NCBI GenBank assembly: GCA_038042445.1
Contig: JBBTED010000067.1
Coordinates: 5,310 to 69,309, forward strand
DNA from: Candidatus Firestoneibacteriota bacterium
GTDB lineage: Bacteria > Oederibacteriota > D2-FULL-39-29 > JBBTED01
DNA length: 64,000 bases
Direction: 5' to 3'
The notes beneath the pieces are model-generated. The model was not told the DNA's origin. It saw nothing but the letters and a program-made list of their open reading frames with translations, and made no database searches. The translations under genes and the position numbers were made by a program. Positions 1-9,257 of this stretch are shown here, in pieces. Numbering within the stretch: position 1 is the stretch's first letter; each line of letters starts with the position of its first letter.

Positions 1-1
1 T

Positions 2-457
2 AATATAGAAACAGTTTTTCTGGATCCTAAAAGGTTTTTATCTCGCGAAGAATATGATAAAGAGATGTCAAGAATAATTGAGGAAAAAAAAGTAGATATT
101 ATATGTCTTGCAGGTTTTATGAGAATATTGTCATCTTGTTTTGTGAATAAATATAGAGGTAAATTGATAAATATTCATCCTTCGCTTTTGCCTTCATTTC
201 CAGGTGCACATGGCCAAAGAGATGCTTTGGAATATGGAGTTAAAATCTCAGGTGTTACTGTGCATTTTGTGGAAGAAGGGATGGATACGGGGCAAATAAT
301 AATGCAACTTGTAGTGCCTGTTATGGAAGATGATACAGAAGAACTTTTAGCAAAACGAATACTTGCCCAAGAGCATAAAATATATCCTGCTGCAATTAAG
401 TTATTTATTGAAGGTAAGCTTGAGATTTGTGGTCGACGTGTAAAAATCAAAAAATAA
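2..457 (+). CDS. purN: Phosphoribosylglycinamide formyltransferase PurN, 5'-truncated by the window edge
   Basis: The frame is open from nt 2. The C-terminal PurN motifs NIHPSLLPSFPG, HG and GVTVHFV..G.DTGQII are present. The listed M at 65 is internal. Confidence 0.8.
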   Translation, partial: NIETVFLDPKRFLSREEYDKEMSRIIEEKKVDIICLAGFMRILSSCFVNKYRGKLINIHPSLLPSFPGAHGQRDALEYGVKISGVTVHFVEEGMDTGQIIMQLVVPVMEDDTEELLAKRILAQEHKIYPAAIKLFIEGKLEICGRRVKIKK

Positions 458-501
458 TATTACCCACGCATCAGTTCGTTTTAGATGGACGGTGAGGGGT
501 T

Positions 502-1671
502 TCATTTACGGACAAAAAATAATAATATTAACCCTAATGCTCCAAATACAATATTTCCCATCCATGTTGAAAGCAAGGGGTTCATTGTGCTTTTACCTAA
601 TGCAAGTCCTATTGCAATGCTTCCCCAATATGCAAATCCAATAGCAATACTTAATGCAAAACTTAAAATCAATCCACCTCTTGAGCCTGTCCATAGGGCA
701 AGTGGTATTCCAAGTAGGACTAAAATAAAGTTTGCGAATGGAAAAGATGTTTTTAAAAATAAATTAGCTAATTCTTCTTTGAAAGTTTTTCCGCTACCCT
801 TTAACTTTTTTATACGTTCAAGTAGTTGTATCATAGTTAATTCTTCCGGTTTTTTTGATATTGTGCAAAAATCTTCTGGTTTTTCGTAAATAGGAAATGT
901 TGTTTCTTTTAAATAGGTGACGTTTTCACTTAGTTCATTTGCAGTTGTGGTTACAGTTATTTCATTTTTAGATCCTTCGTCCGCCAAGGCGGACTCAGGA
1001 TGACCCTTCGGGTCATTTTGTGTTACATAAGTAAAATTTCGGACGTAGACTTCTTTGAATATCCAGTTGTTTTCATTGTAAATGGCTTCTTTTGCATCTA
1101 TCCGTTCAATTAAATCATTATTTTTGTTAAATGTATAAATTGATACATTATTCATTCTACCGGCTTCTCCGTCAAATCGCTTAATATAGAAAAACCAATT
1201 ACTTGAATTTATATATGCAAGATTATCTCTTGTTCCAATAAAATATGTTTGGGATTTAAGTATTTCGACTTGTTTTATTTCCTTAGCTTTAGTATTACTG
1301 AAAGGAATAACAGTTTCACCTAAAAGTATAGCCACAATGCTAATTATGAAAGCGCTTACTAAAATAGGTGCTACAATTTGGTATGTATTCATTCCACCAA
1401 CTTTCATAGCGGTTAGTTCATTGTGTTTTGATAATATACTTAAAAGAAATATTGTAGAAAGTAATACAGAAACAGGCATTACCTGTATTATGATGTAAGG
1501 TGTCTTATATAAAAAATATTCAAGCGCAATTAAATAGTTTACTTTATGTTCAATTAGCATTCTTAAGCTTTCAAATATATCAGTTGAAAGTATTATTATT
1601 GTAAAACTTGCAATGGCAAATATGAGCAGTTTATGAAACTCCTTTGCTATGTAGCGGGTTATAACTTTCAT
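502..1671 (-). CDS. LptF/LptG (YjgP/YjgQ) family LPS export permease. The start is probably MKVITRY, overlapping the upstream stop as ATGA.
   Basis: Six-TM permease pattern with a large periplasmic insert, homologous to the neighbouring gene. The ATGA overlap at 1668-1671 was checked in the DNA. Confidence 0.75.
   Translation of the reverse strand: MKVITRYIAKEFHKLLIFAIASFTIIILSTDIFESLRMLIEHKVNYLIALEYFLYKTPYIIIQVMPVSVLLSTIFLLSILSKHNELTAMKVGGMNTYQIVAPILVSAFIISIVAILLGETVIPFSNTKAKEIKQVEILKSQTYFIGTRDNLAYINSSNWFFYIKRFDGEAGRMNNVSIYTFNKNNDLIERIDAKEAIYNENNWIFKEVYVRNFTYVTQNDPKGHPESALADEGSKNEITVTTTANELSENVTYLKETTFPIYEKPEDFCTISKKPEELTMIQLLERIKKLKGSGKTFKEELANLFLKTSFPFANFILVLLGIPLALWTGSRGGLILSFALSIAIGFAYWGSIAIGLALGKSTMNPLLSTWMGNIVFGALGLILLFFVRK
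968..1012. repeat. 45-bp palindromic repeat unit embedded in-frame in the permease periplasmic domain. It encodes DPKGHPESALADEGS.
   Basis: The - strand reads gacccgaagggtcatcctgagtccgccttggcggacgaaggatct. It holds two hairpins (tgacccgaagggtca and gtccgccttggcggac). It shares GTCATCCTGAG...CGAAGGATC with the intergenic repeat at 11948-11986. Confidence 0.6.
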
Positions 1672-2816
1672 AGGATTTTTATCTGTAATATTTGTGAAAA
1701 TGGACGCTCTAAATACATATGTAATAATAGAACAATTCCGACTATTCCTAATGTAATATTGGGCAGCCACATTCCAAGCCACGGAGCAATTTCTCCCTTA
1801 TCTCCCATTGTTTCACCTAATATTAGTACAAGATAATAAATAAAAATTAATAACAAGCTTATGCCGAAACTTACCCCTTTACTTCCTTTTTTTAATCTGC
1901 TGGCAAGAGGTATGCCTATTAATGTGAAAGTCATACATGCAAATGGGATAGATATTTTTTTATGAAATTCCAATAGTAGATAATTTGTATTTAATCTGTT
2001 CTGTTTGGATTGGTGTATGCGTTTGTTTAAATCAGTAAGTCCCATTTCTCTGGGACTTATTGATTCACTTGATATATATCCGGGATTTAATGTTTTGTTT
2101 ATATCTAAATCTATATTATAAGAATCAAAAAATATACGTGTGTATTTATTGGAATCTTTACTGTTTATATAATGTATTATTCCATTATTTAGTTTGAGCA
2201 TGACTTGTTTGCCTACTGTGTCAGACATTAAAACAGCGTTTTGTGCAGTTATAGTATGGAATGGTTGGCCATTTTTTTCAAAGCAAAATATAAGGGGGTT
2301 TTTTAGTTCACCTGTCAAGTCATTCTTTTTTTCAACATAAAGTATATAGCCATCAAATTCTGTAATAAACAGTCTTTCTTGCATTGCAATTGAAGCTTTT
2401 TTTTGAACTATTTCATAATATAAATTTTTGAATGATGAATTTGCAGATGGTAGAACTGTTTCATTAAAATATATCATTAATAGACTTAAAATTAAGCTGA
2501 GTGCAATAGCAGGATTTGCTATTTTTAGTGGATTAATGCCACTGCTTTTTATTGCAGTTAGTTCGTTGTCTGTAGATAATCTTCCATACGCCATAAGTAT
2601 TGCCATAAGTAATCCCATAGGTACAGTTATTGCCAGAAAAGATGGCAGTATATAAATGAATAGCCGCGATACCGTAAAAAAAGGCACACCTTTATTTATG
2701 ATTAAATCTACTAAGTCAAAAATTTTGTCCATAAGAAGTACGAATGTAAAAATAAAAAGTCCCAGGAAAAAAGGTTCCGATATTTCTCGTATTATATAAT
2801 TTTTTAATATTTTCAT
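1668..2816 (-). CDS. LptF/LptG family LPS export permease
   Basis: Typical N-terminus MKILKNYIIREISEPFFLGLFIFTFVLLM, a periplasmic beta-jellyroll-like insert and C-terminal TM helices. It is paired with the second permease. Confidence 0.8.
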   Translation of the reverse strand: MKILKNYIIREISEPFFLGLFIFTFVLLMDKIFDLVDLIINKGVPFFTVSRLFIYILPSFLAITVPMGLLMAILMAYGRLSTDNELTAIKSSGINPLKIANPAIALSLILSLLMIYFNETVLPSANSSFKNLYYEIVQKKASIAMQERLFITEFDGYILYVEKKNDLTGELKNPLIFCFEKNGQPFHTITAQNAVLMSDTVGKQVMLKLNNGIIHYINSKDSNKYTRIFFDSYNIDLDINKTLNPGYISSESISPREMGLTDLNKRIHQSKQNRLNTNYLLLEFHKKISIPFACMTFTLIGIPLASRLKKGSKGVSFGISLLLIFIYYLVLILGETMGDKGEIAPWLGMWLPNITLGIVGIVLLLHMYLERPFSQILQIKIL

Positions 2817-2834
2817 ATTTCGTAGTCCCTTTTA

Positions 2835-2862
2835 CTCCCCTTTAATAAAGGGGGGAGGGGGG
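2835..2862. repeat. Hairpin CTCCCCTTTAATAAAGGGGGGAG in the divergent promoter region. It belongs to the same family as 51071-51101.
   Basis: An inverted repeat is visible. A similar CCCCTTTAATAAAGGGGG hairpin sits after the gene ending at 51064. Confidence 0.5.
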
Positions 2863-2941
2863 ATTTTTAATTATATAATTAAAATAGTTGTTTATCAAGC
2901 AATGTTTGACAAAAAAATAAGTATATAATAATATATATCTT

Positions 2942-3880
2942 ATGAATATACTTGGCATAGAGACATCTTGTGATGAAACTGCAGCATCAGTGGTTAAAGA
3001 TGGAAAATTTATACTTTCAAACGTTATAGCTTCCCAAATTGATTTGCACAGTATGTATGGCGGAGTTGTTCCTGAGTTAGCATCTAGAAAACATATAGAA
3101 GCTATTTTGCCGGTTGTCCGATCTGCATTAAAAATTGCAAAATTAACTCTTGATGACATACACGGTATTGCTGTTACTGGAAAGCCTGGGTTAATAGGTT
3201 CATTACTTGTTGGAGTAGAATTTGCAAAAGGTCTTGCTTGGGCAAAAAATTTGCCTTTTGTTGAAATAGATCATATTGAAGGCCATATTTACAGTTGTTT
3301 GCTTAGTCATTCTGATATTAGATTTCCTGCTTTAGCACTTGTAGTTTCAGGTGGGCATACAGATTTAATATTAGTAAAAAAAAGAGGTGTATATCAGATT
3401 CTTGGGAGAACCAGAGATGATGCAGTTGGTGAAGCATATGATAAAGTGGCGAAGTTTATGAATTTGGGTTATCCTGGTGGTCCTAAAATAGAGAAATTAG
3501 CAAAAGAGGGTAAAGTAATACATAAATTTCCAAGAGCAAAGATGAAAAATGATAGCCTTGATTTTAGTTTTAGCGGGTTAAAAACAGCCGTAGTGAATTT
3601 TCTACAGGAAAATAAAAAAGTTAACATTAAAGATTTGGCGTGTAGTTTTCAGGATGCTGCAAATCAGGCGTTAATTGAAAGAGTGATTGAAGCTTCAAAG
3701 AAGACAGGTGTTCAACGTGTTCTGTTGTGCGGAGGCGTATCAGCAAATATGACATTAAGGAAAACTTTAGAAGATATATGTGGAAAGCATAGTATTAAAG
3801 TATTTTACCCTTCATTAGAATTGTGCACCGATAATGCAGCAATGATAGCTGCAGTTGGGTATGATAAATTTAAGAAGTGA
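2942..3880 (+). CDS. tsaD: tRNA N6-adenosine threonylcarbamoyltransferase TsaD (Kae1/Gcp family)
   Basis: MNILGIETSCDETAASVV, GGVVPELASRKH, HIEGH and GGVSAN motifs are present. Confidence 0.9.
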   Translation: MNILGIETSCDETAASVVKDGKFILSNVIASQIDLHSMYGGVVPELASRKHIEAILPVVRSALKIAKLTLDDIHGIAVTGKPGLIGSLLVGVEFAKGLAWAKNLPFVEIDHIEGHIYSCLLSHSDIRFPALALVVSGGHTDLILVKKRGVYQILGRTRDDAVGEAYDKVAKFMNLGYPGGPKIEKLAKEGKVIHKFPRAKMKNDSLDFSFSGLKTAVVNFLQENKKVNIKDLACSFQDAANQALIERVIEASKKTGVQRVLLCGGVSANMTLRKTLEDICGKHSIKVFYPSLELCTDNAAMIAAVGYDKFKK

Positions 3881-3999
3881 TAAAAATTACATAGACAAAT
3901 ATGTAAAAATGTAGTATATTTATAAAAGATGATATTGTAGTTGCCCATTTATGGGCATTGCTGATAAATCAGCAACTACATAAATAGGGGGGTGGGATA

Positions 4000-4935
4000 G
4001 TGGTAAAAGTTAAAATGATTTTAGGGTTGTTTGCAGCAAGTTTTTTGGTTTGTACGCAAGTAGTTTGTGCAGAAGAATCTACAATGCAGACTACAAATGT
4101 GCAAAAAGAAGGGCAAGCAGAACAAGGTGTTGTAGTTCCTGCACAAATAAATAGTGCAGAGCCTTTAACACTTGAACAGGTTGCAAATGTGGAAAAAGAA
4201 GGCCAGATGGAACTTGGGATAACAGATATTAGTTATGGTTATCAGAAATATACTACATCAGGAGTTACAGGTGAAAATACCTTTACAGATATTAGAGTTC
4301 CGCTATTTGTCCGATATGGAATTATGTCTGATTTAGAGATAAAATTACTTGTTCCATATAGAAGTACAAAGTTTACGACTACACAGATAGGGGTGTCGGA
4401 AAGTAGTAATAGTGGGTTAGGTCAGGTATCAATAGGATTAAAATATAATCTTATTCCTGAATCCGATGATGTTCCCGGTATTTCAATTTCTGCAAGTTCT
4501 GAACTTCCAACTGCTGATGCAAAAAAATATCTTGGTACTGGCACAAATGTTTATGGAACTTTAATTATAGGAAAAGCAATAGAAGGTATTAATGTTAATT
4601 TGAATGCAGGTTATGGTTATACAGGAGAATTTACAAATGCTTCTGATGCAAAACAGAATAATGGAGATGTTATTTACGGTGGATTAGCAATAGGTTGTTC
4701 TATAGATGAATTTACTCCAATAATAGAAATTTCTGGAACCACAATCGGTAAAGCAAAAGTATCTGGAACTGAATATGCTACAAATGGAAATACTTTTGAT
4801 GCTATTGCTGGTTTGCGGTACAAAATGGATGATTTAAAACTAAAATTAGGTTTTGTATATGCGCTTGGAGATGCTACTTATACAAGTTATACATGGAAAG
4901 CTATTGGTGGAGCAACATATTTATTTAATTTGTAA
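4000..4935 (+). CDS. Secreted outer-membrane beta-barrel protein, MetA-pathway/Phenol_MetA_deg-like
   Basis: Signal peptide MILGLFAASFLVCTQVVCA, a G/T/Y-rich alternating pattern, an LPTADAKK motif and a C-terminal YLFNL. It is a paralog-like match to 12005-12940. Confidence 0.5.
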   Translation: MVKVKMILGLFAASFLVCTQVVCAEESTMQTTNVQKEGQAEQGVVVPAQINSAEPLTLEQVANVEKEGQMELGITDISYGYQKYTTSGVTGENTFTDIRVPLFVRYGIMSDLEIKLLVPYRSTKFTTTQIGVSESSNSGLGQVSIGLKYNLIPESDDVPGISISASSELPTADAKKYLGTGTNVYGTLIIGKAIEGINVNLNAGYGYTGEFTNASDAKQNNGDVIYGGLAIGCSIDEFTPIIEISGTTIGKAKVSGTEYATNGNTFDAIAGLRYKMDDLKLKLGFVYALGDATYTSYTWKAIGGATYLFNL

Positions 4936-4993
4936 ATAATAATTTTGTCATGCTGAATTTATTTCAGCATTTATAACAGGAGGTGGGTAAAAT

Positions 4994-5263
4994 ATGATTA
5001 GAAAATATGAAGCATTGGCGATATTAGGATGTTTTGTTATTTTCGCAGGTGTATTGATTGGTTGTGGAGCTAAAGAAAAGAAAAATCTTACAGGTTCTAC
5101 AGCTAGCAGTATTACTACGACTGGTGGTGGCGGTGGTACAACTGGTGGTACAGCTACATCACAAACTACAAGTCAGGCTGCTGCGTCTGCTACAAATACA
5201 GGTGTTGACAGTTTGACGAGTGTTAAAACTGCGTTATCACAGCTTAGTGGTTCAAGTCCGTGA
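4994..5263 (+). CDS. Lipoprotein N-terminal fragment: a lipobox (LIGC) followed by a G/T/S-rich linker. It ends at an in-frame TGA.
   Basis: The signal is MIRKYEALAILGCFVIFAGVLIGCGA and the low-complexity linker is TTTGGGGGTTGGTATSQTTSQ. It is in the same frame as 5294-6217. Confidence 0.5.
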   Translation: MIRKYEALAILGCFVIFAGVLIGCGAKEKKNLTGSTASSITTTGGGGGTTGGTATSQTTSQAAASATNTGVDSLTSVKTALSQLSGSSP

Positions 5264-5293
5264 CAAGCTCCAAGATATGCTTTTGCACCTATA

Positions 5294-6217
5294 TTGAAAA
5301 ATGGTGCACCATTTTTAGCTACAGCAGAGTGGGTAAAGCCAACAAAAGATGCAGATGGATACTATGTGTTACCTTCTTATACAGCTCCTGATGGAACTGT
5401 GTTTCAACAGTTAGTTAAGCCAGATCCAGATTGGTGGGCAATGTGGGATAATGTTGATGCTACAAGTAAGCCAACTATGCCTTGGGATCTTTTAAATGAG
5501 AATGATGATTTTACATCAACATTTAGTATGAAAGGTAGTTTTGATGGTCCGGATGCAATTGGAGCAATGACAATGGTAAACAAAGAAATTAAAAAAGTAA
5601 AAGTGTATTCTTTTACTTTTACATATTCATATCCTAGCTGGAATGAAGAAACACAAAAGATGGTAATGGTAGAAACAACAAGTGTTTCTACATGGAAAGG
5701 TCTTGATTGGGACAACTTTACATCAAGTATAACTGGAAGCGGTAAAACAACGAATAAGAAAGATAGTTCATGGATGGAATTTACTATGACAGGCACAGGA
5801 ACACATACAGGGGTTCCGGTAAAAGATGCAAATGGATTTCAAACAGGTGGTACATTTACAGAAAAGCAGACAGAAACAATGAATTTTACAATGTCTTCCG
5901 GGTATTCCGGAAAATTTGATATGTCTGTTGAGGCTTCTGGTAGTTGGAATCAGGCTACTGGTGGTTCAGGTATAGGCAAAGGAACAATTACAGGTTCTAT
6001 CTATTATCAGGGGACCGAGATCTGCAGAATATATGCAACAGGTCAGGGTGAGAGCAAGGAAACTGCCACAGTTGAAGGATATTACACTTTAGCGGATGAT
6101 GGCTTTGTAACTAAATATCCAATGGAAGAAGATGATATAAAGGCTATCATTATTGGACCAGGTGGTGGAAAAAGCAAAGCAAGTATAAAAATGAGTGTGA
6201 TTAAACCCCAAAATTAA
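5294..6217 (+). CDS. Hypothetical G/T/S-rich protein, probably the C-terminal body of the lipoprotein interrupted at 5261-5263
   Basis: It has no signal peptide of its own. The frame stays open back to the TGA at 5261. A terminator follows at 6241-6278. Confidence 0.5.
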   Translation: MKNGAPFLATAEWVKPTKDADGYYVLPSYTAPDGTVFQQLVKPDPDWWAMWDNVDATSKPTMPWDLLNENDDFTSTFSMKGSFDGPDAIGAMTMVNKEIKKVKVYSFTFTYSYPSWNEETQKMVMVETTSVSTWKGLDWDNFTSSITGSGKTTNKKDSSWMEFTMTGTGTHTGVPVKDANGFQTGGTFTEKQTETMNFTMSSGYSGKFDMSVEASGSWNQATGGSGIGKGTITGSIYYQGTEICRIYATGQGESKETATVEGYYTLADDGFVTKYPMEEDDIKAIIIGPGGGKSKASIKMSVIKPQN

Positions 6218-6240
6218 TTACATTGAATTAGAGTTTCAAA

Positions 6241-6278
6241 AGAGAGTAGGGTTAGGAATAACCTACTCTCTTTTTTTT
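6241..6278 (+). terminator. Rho-independent terminator
   Basis: Stem agagagtagg, loop gttaggaataa, stem cctactctct, then a T8 run. Confidence 0.75.
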
Positions 6279-6428
6279 GTAATCATTAAGTCACTCTATT
6301 GTGTATAAGCCTGTTTTTGAATTTTAGTAATAGGTTACCTATTATAGTGAATTGTGTAAAATTTTCTTGTAGGGGCCTAATTTATCAAGCCCATGTATCA
6401 GGTTGGATAAATCCAATTCCTGCAAAAT

Positions 6429-7436
6429 TCATTTTAGAACGTTTCCGATTTTCCTTGCCCTTATGGTTTTGTCAAGATTGACGCCTATTGTGATGCCTAC
6501 TTCTACAAGTATATTCCAGCCAAGGCAAAGCTCAAGGTAATTCGTGAAATCTTCGTATTCGGGTATTTTTATCGTGGTGAATGAAGTACTGTCTGTTGAA
6601 ATGGCAAAAATATCCAACCCCACTCCTTTTATTAAAACATCTTTAAACTTTTCCTCTTCGTGCTTAAACGGATCAATTATTATCATTGCATCTTGGCTGT
6701 CCATAACTTCTTCAATCCCATGCACTGCGTATGTGCCTTCGAGGAAGTCGGATTTCTTTCTTGTAATTTCATTAGTTTTAAGGACTATTTCTTCAGTAAC
6801 ACCGTTATTCCTGCCTGCATAGTAAATCATTTTTGCTTTTGCAAGTCTGTCAATTATTTCCTTGGGTATTTTCATTTCCATAACTTCCGTAGCAAGCTCA
6901 CCCAGTTTTTTTAAATTCGGCATTTTCATATTATTCGTTTTCCTGAATATAATATCATAGAATAATGCCTGTTCAACTACGGATTTTGTGGCAGCAACAG
7001 CATCCTCTTTACCGCATGACAGCAAATAACTGTAATTTGATTCTTCCATCACTGGCGTTTTGTCATTTGCAACAACTCCGATTATTGCTTTATGCCCTTT
7101 TTTTTTCAATTTTCTGATAAGCATGATAACTTCTTTTGTTTTTCCTGAATTTGAAGCTGCAAAAACCGTGTTGTCCTTTAGATCATATTCCATTGATTGC
7201 GTGGAATTTTCCGTTGAACATTCTTCCTTGTAATTGTGGATCTTAGACTTGTAAATCACGTTTTTTGCTGGGAAAATACGCGAAGACCCTTCCCCTGCAA
7301 AAAACGCTTTTTTTGTTTTTACATACTTCGCATAACTTGTAATTTTATCAATGTCCAGGTTCTTTATTATATCTCCTGTTTGAAGCATCTCTTTTACTAG
7401 GACAAAATTTTTATACTTACTGTCTTTTAGATTCAT
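6429..7436 (-). CDS. Double SIS-domain sugar-phosphate isomerase/aminotransferase-like protein (AgaS / GlmS isomerase-domain type)
   Basis: Two SIS cores are visible: FFAGEGSSRI...AASNSGKTKEVI and IYYAGRNNG...IIDP. Confidence 0.6.
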   Translation of the reverse strand: MNLKDSKYKNFVLVKEMLQTGDIIKNLDIDKITSYAKYVKTKKAFFAGEGSSRIFPAKNVIYKSKIHNYKEECSTENSTQSMEYDLKDNTVFAASNSGKTKEVIMLIRKLKKKGHKAIIGVVANDKTPVMEESNYSYLLSCGKEDAVAATKSVVEQALFYDIIFRKTNNMKMPNLKKLGELATEVMEMKIPKEIIDRLAKAKMIYYAGRNNGVTEEIVLKTNEITRKKSDFLEGTYAVHGIEEVMDSQDAMIIIDPFKHEEEKFKDVLIKGVGLDIFAISTDSTSFTTIKIPEYEDFTNYLELCLGWNILVEVGITIGVNLDKTIRARKIGNVLK

Positions 7437-7450
7437 TTGATCCCCCTTAT

Positions 7451-8683
7451 TTATTTGTTTTTTGTGATTTTTTCTTTTTGTGCACTTTGTGGTTTTAATC
7501 TTTTTAAATCAATGTATTCGTTTATTTCGCCGATTATTGGCGCGGCATATTTAATAAATTCTTTTGTCACAAAATTTCCTTCTTTGTTTATATATTTGTC
7601 GTCCATAGGTTTTGCTTTCACAGCAACTTCTTTTAAAGGGACAGTTTCGTATTTAACCTTATAGGGGTTTGAGCTAACTCGTTTTATTGAAACCATTACT
7701 CCTGTTTTTCCCTGAATGGCTAATTCAACGGCTTTTACTCCGCATTCATAAGCTTCTTTTAAATCAACTTTCGATGCCCGATCTATTGCGCACATAGACA
7801 ATGATTCGGTTATCTGAAACTCTCCCCTAAATCCTGTGTCGCTTGAAATGATCTTGTGCAAATTTATGGCAGCTGAAGTGCCGCCCATTGCGCCGAATTC
7901 AATATTGGAAAATTTGTCCTTTGTTAATGAAGCTGAAACTGGTGTGCCGTCTTCAAGAAGAATGCCTTCTCCACAAACAATTGAAACCCATCCGTAATTT
8001 TTAATGCAGGTTTTTACATCAAAAAGAAATTTGTCTATATTTAATCTTCTTTCTGGTATGTAAATAAGATGCGGAGCATCCTGTTCTTCTTTTTTTGCCA
8101 AGGCTGATGCTGCAGGAAGCCAGCCGGATTCCCTGCCTATTGTTTGGAAGATTACGAATTTATCCACTCTTTGCATGTCGCGCGTAAGCCTGCCTGCCTG
8201 TTGTACTGACAATGCCACATACCTTGCAGCAGAAGGGTAACCCGGAGTATGGTCAGTTCCAAAAAGGTCATTATCAACGGTTTTAGGTAATCCTATGCCT
8301 ACAAATTCATAACCAGATTTTCTGCAATACTCTTCAACTCTGTGGATCGTATCCATAGTATCGTTTCCGCCTATAAGGAATAAATAACGGATATTATGTT
8401 TTTTGATCTGGCGGAATATCTTTGGAAAATCTTCGTCTTTGACTTTGTGCCTGCAGGAACCTAATGCGGACGATGGTGTTTTTCTTAAATCCTTAATAAT
8501 AGCAGGGCTTTCTTTCCCAAGGTCTATAATCTCATCATTCATAAAACCTTCTATGCCGTATTGCATTCCAAGGATTTTACCGAATTTATTGGATTTTAAC
8601 GTAGTCTGAATAACTCCGCATAAAGTGGAGTTTATTACCGAAGTTGGCCCTCCTGATTGTCCTATAATTATATTTGATTTCAT
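7451..8683 (-). CDS. pfk: 6-phosphofructokinase (PFK family, ATP- or PPi-dependent)
   Basis: IIGQSGGPTSVIN, LIGGNDT, GLPKTVDNDL and MGG motifs are present. Confidence 0.8.
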   Translation of the reverse strand: MKSNIIIGQSGGPTSVINSTLCGVIQTTLKSNKFGKILGMQYGIEGFMNDEIIDLGKESPAIIKDLRKTPSSALGSCRHKVKDEDFPKIFRQIKKHNIRYLFLIGGNDTMDTIHRVEEYCRKSGYEFVGIGLPKTVDNDLFGTDHTPGYPSAARYVALSVQQAGRLTRDMQRVDKFVIFQTIGRESGWLPAASALAKKEEQDAPHLIYIPERRLNIDKFLFDVKTCIKNYGWVSIVCGEGILLEDGTPVSASLTKDKFSNIEFGAMGGTSAAINLHKIISSDTGFRGEFQITESLSMCAIDRASKVDLKEAYECGVKAVELAIQGKTGVMVSIKRVSSNPYKVKYETVPLKEVAVKAKPMDDKYINKEGNFVTKEFIKYAAPIIGEINEYIDLKRLKPQSAQKEKITKNK

Positions 8684-8839
8684 ATGCCTCCCTGTTTGCT
8701 TTATCTGTATAAGCTCTCTTATTTATTCGTTCTAATAAATATTATATAATTTCTATCATATAGTATCAATTAAAATTTTTTCCAGTCTATAGTTTTATTC
8801 ATTTGACAAATATATTGTTGTTTTAGTATAGTAATTTTT

Positions 8840-9253
8840 GTGGGAGCCAGACGTAAAGCCAGAGAATTAGCATTGCAAATATTGTTTCAAATAGATGTAG
8901 GTGAATTGTCATTAGAAGAGGTATATTCAAATTTTATTGAAACCCAGAAATTGCAAAATGAAGTTAAAATATTTGCATTAGAGCTTGCAGAAGGGACACT
9001 TAAAGACATTAAAAATATTGATAGTGTTATTGAGAAAAGAATGGATAATTGGCAAGTTTCCAGATTAGCTGCTGTTGATAGAAGTATTTTGCGTTTAGCA
9101 ACTTATGAATTGCTTAATAGAAATGATATTCCAATAAGTGTTACAATAAATGAAGCTATAGAATTGGCAAAAGAATATTCTACGTCAGAATCAGGAAAAT
9201 TTGTAAATGGTATTTTGGATGGAATAAAAGAAGAGCACAAATTGTCTAAATGA
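8840..9253 (+). CDS. nusB: Transcription antitermination factor NusB
   Basis: GTG start, MGARRKARELALQILFQ, and the ArgRRAAR-like N-terminus. About 137 aa. Confidence 0.85.
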   Translation: MGARRKARELALQILFQIDVGELSLEEVYSNFIETQKLQNEVKIFALELAEGTLKDIKNIDSVIEKRMDNWQVSRLAAVDRSILRLATYELLNRNDIPISVTINEAIELAKEYSTSESGKFVNGILDGIKEEHKLSK

Positions 9254-9257
9254 GAAA

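Noticed and set aside
5261-5263. TGA read as a sense codon (genetic code 4 or 25) or selenocysteine
   Set aside because: TGA clearly terminates conserved genes in this window (rpmE at 14647-14649 overlapping the prfA start, and the tsaD end at 3878-3880). No SECIS-like structure is apparent and the context is a low-complexity linker.
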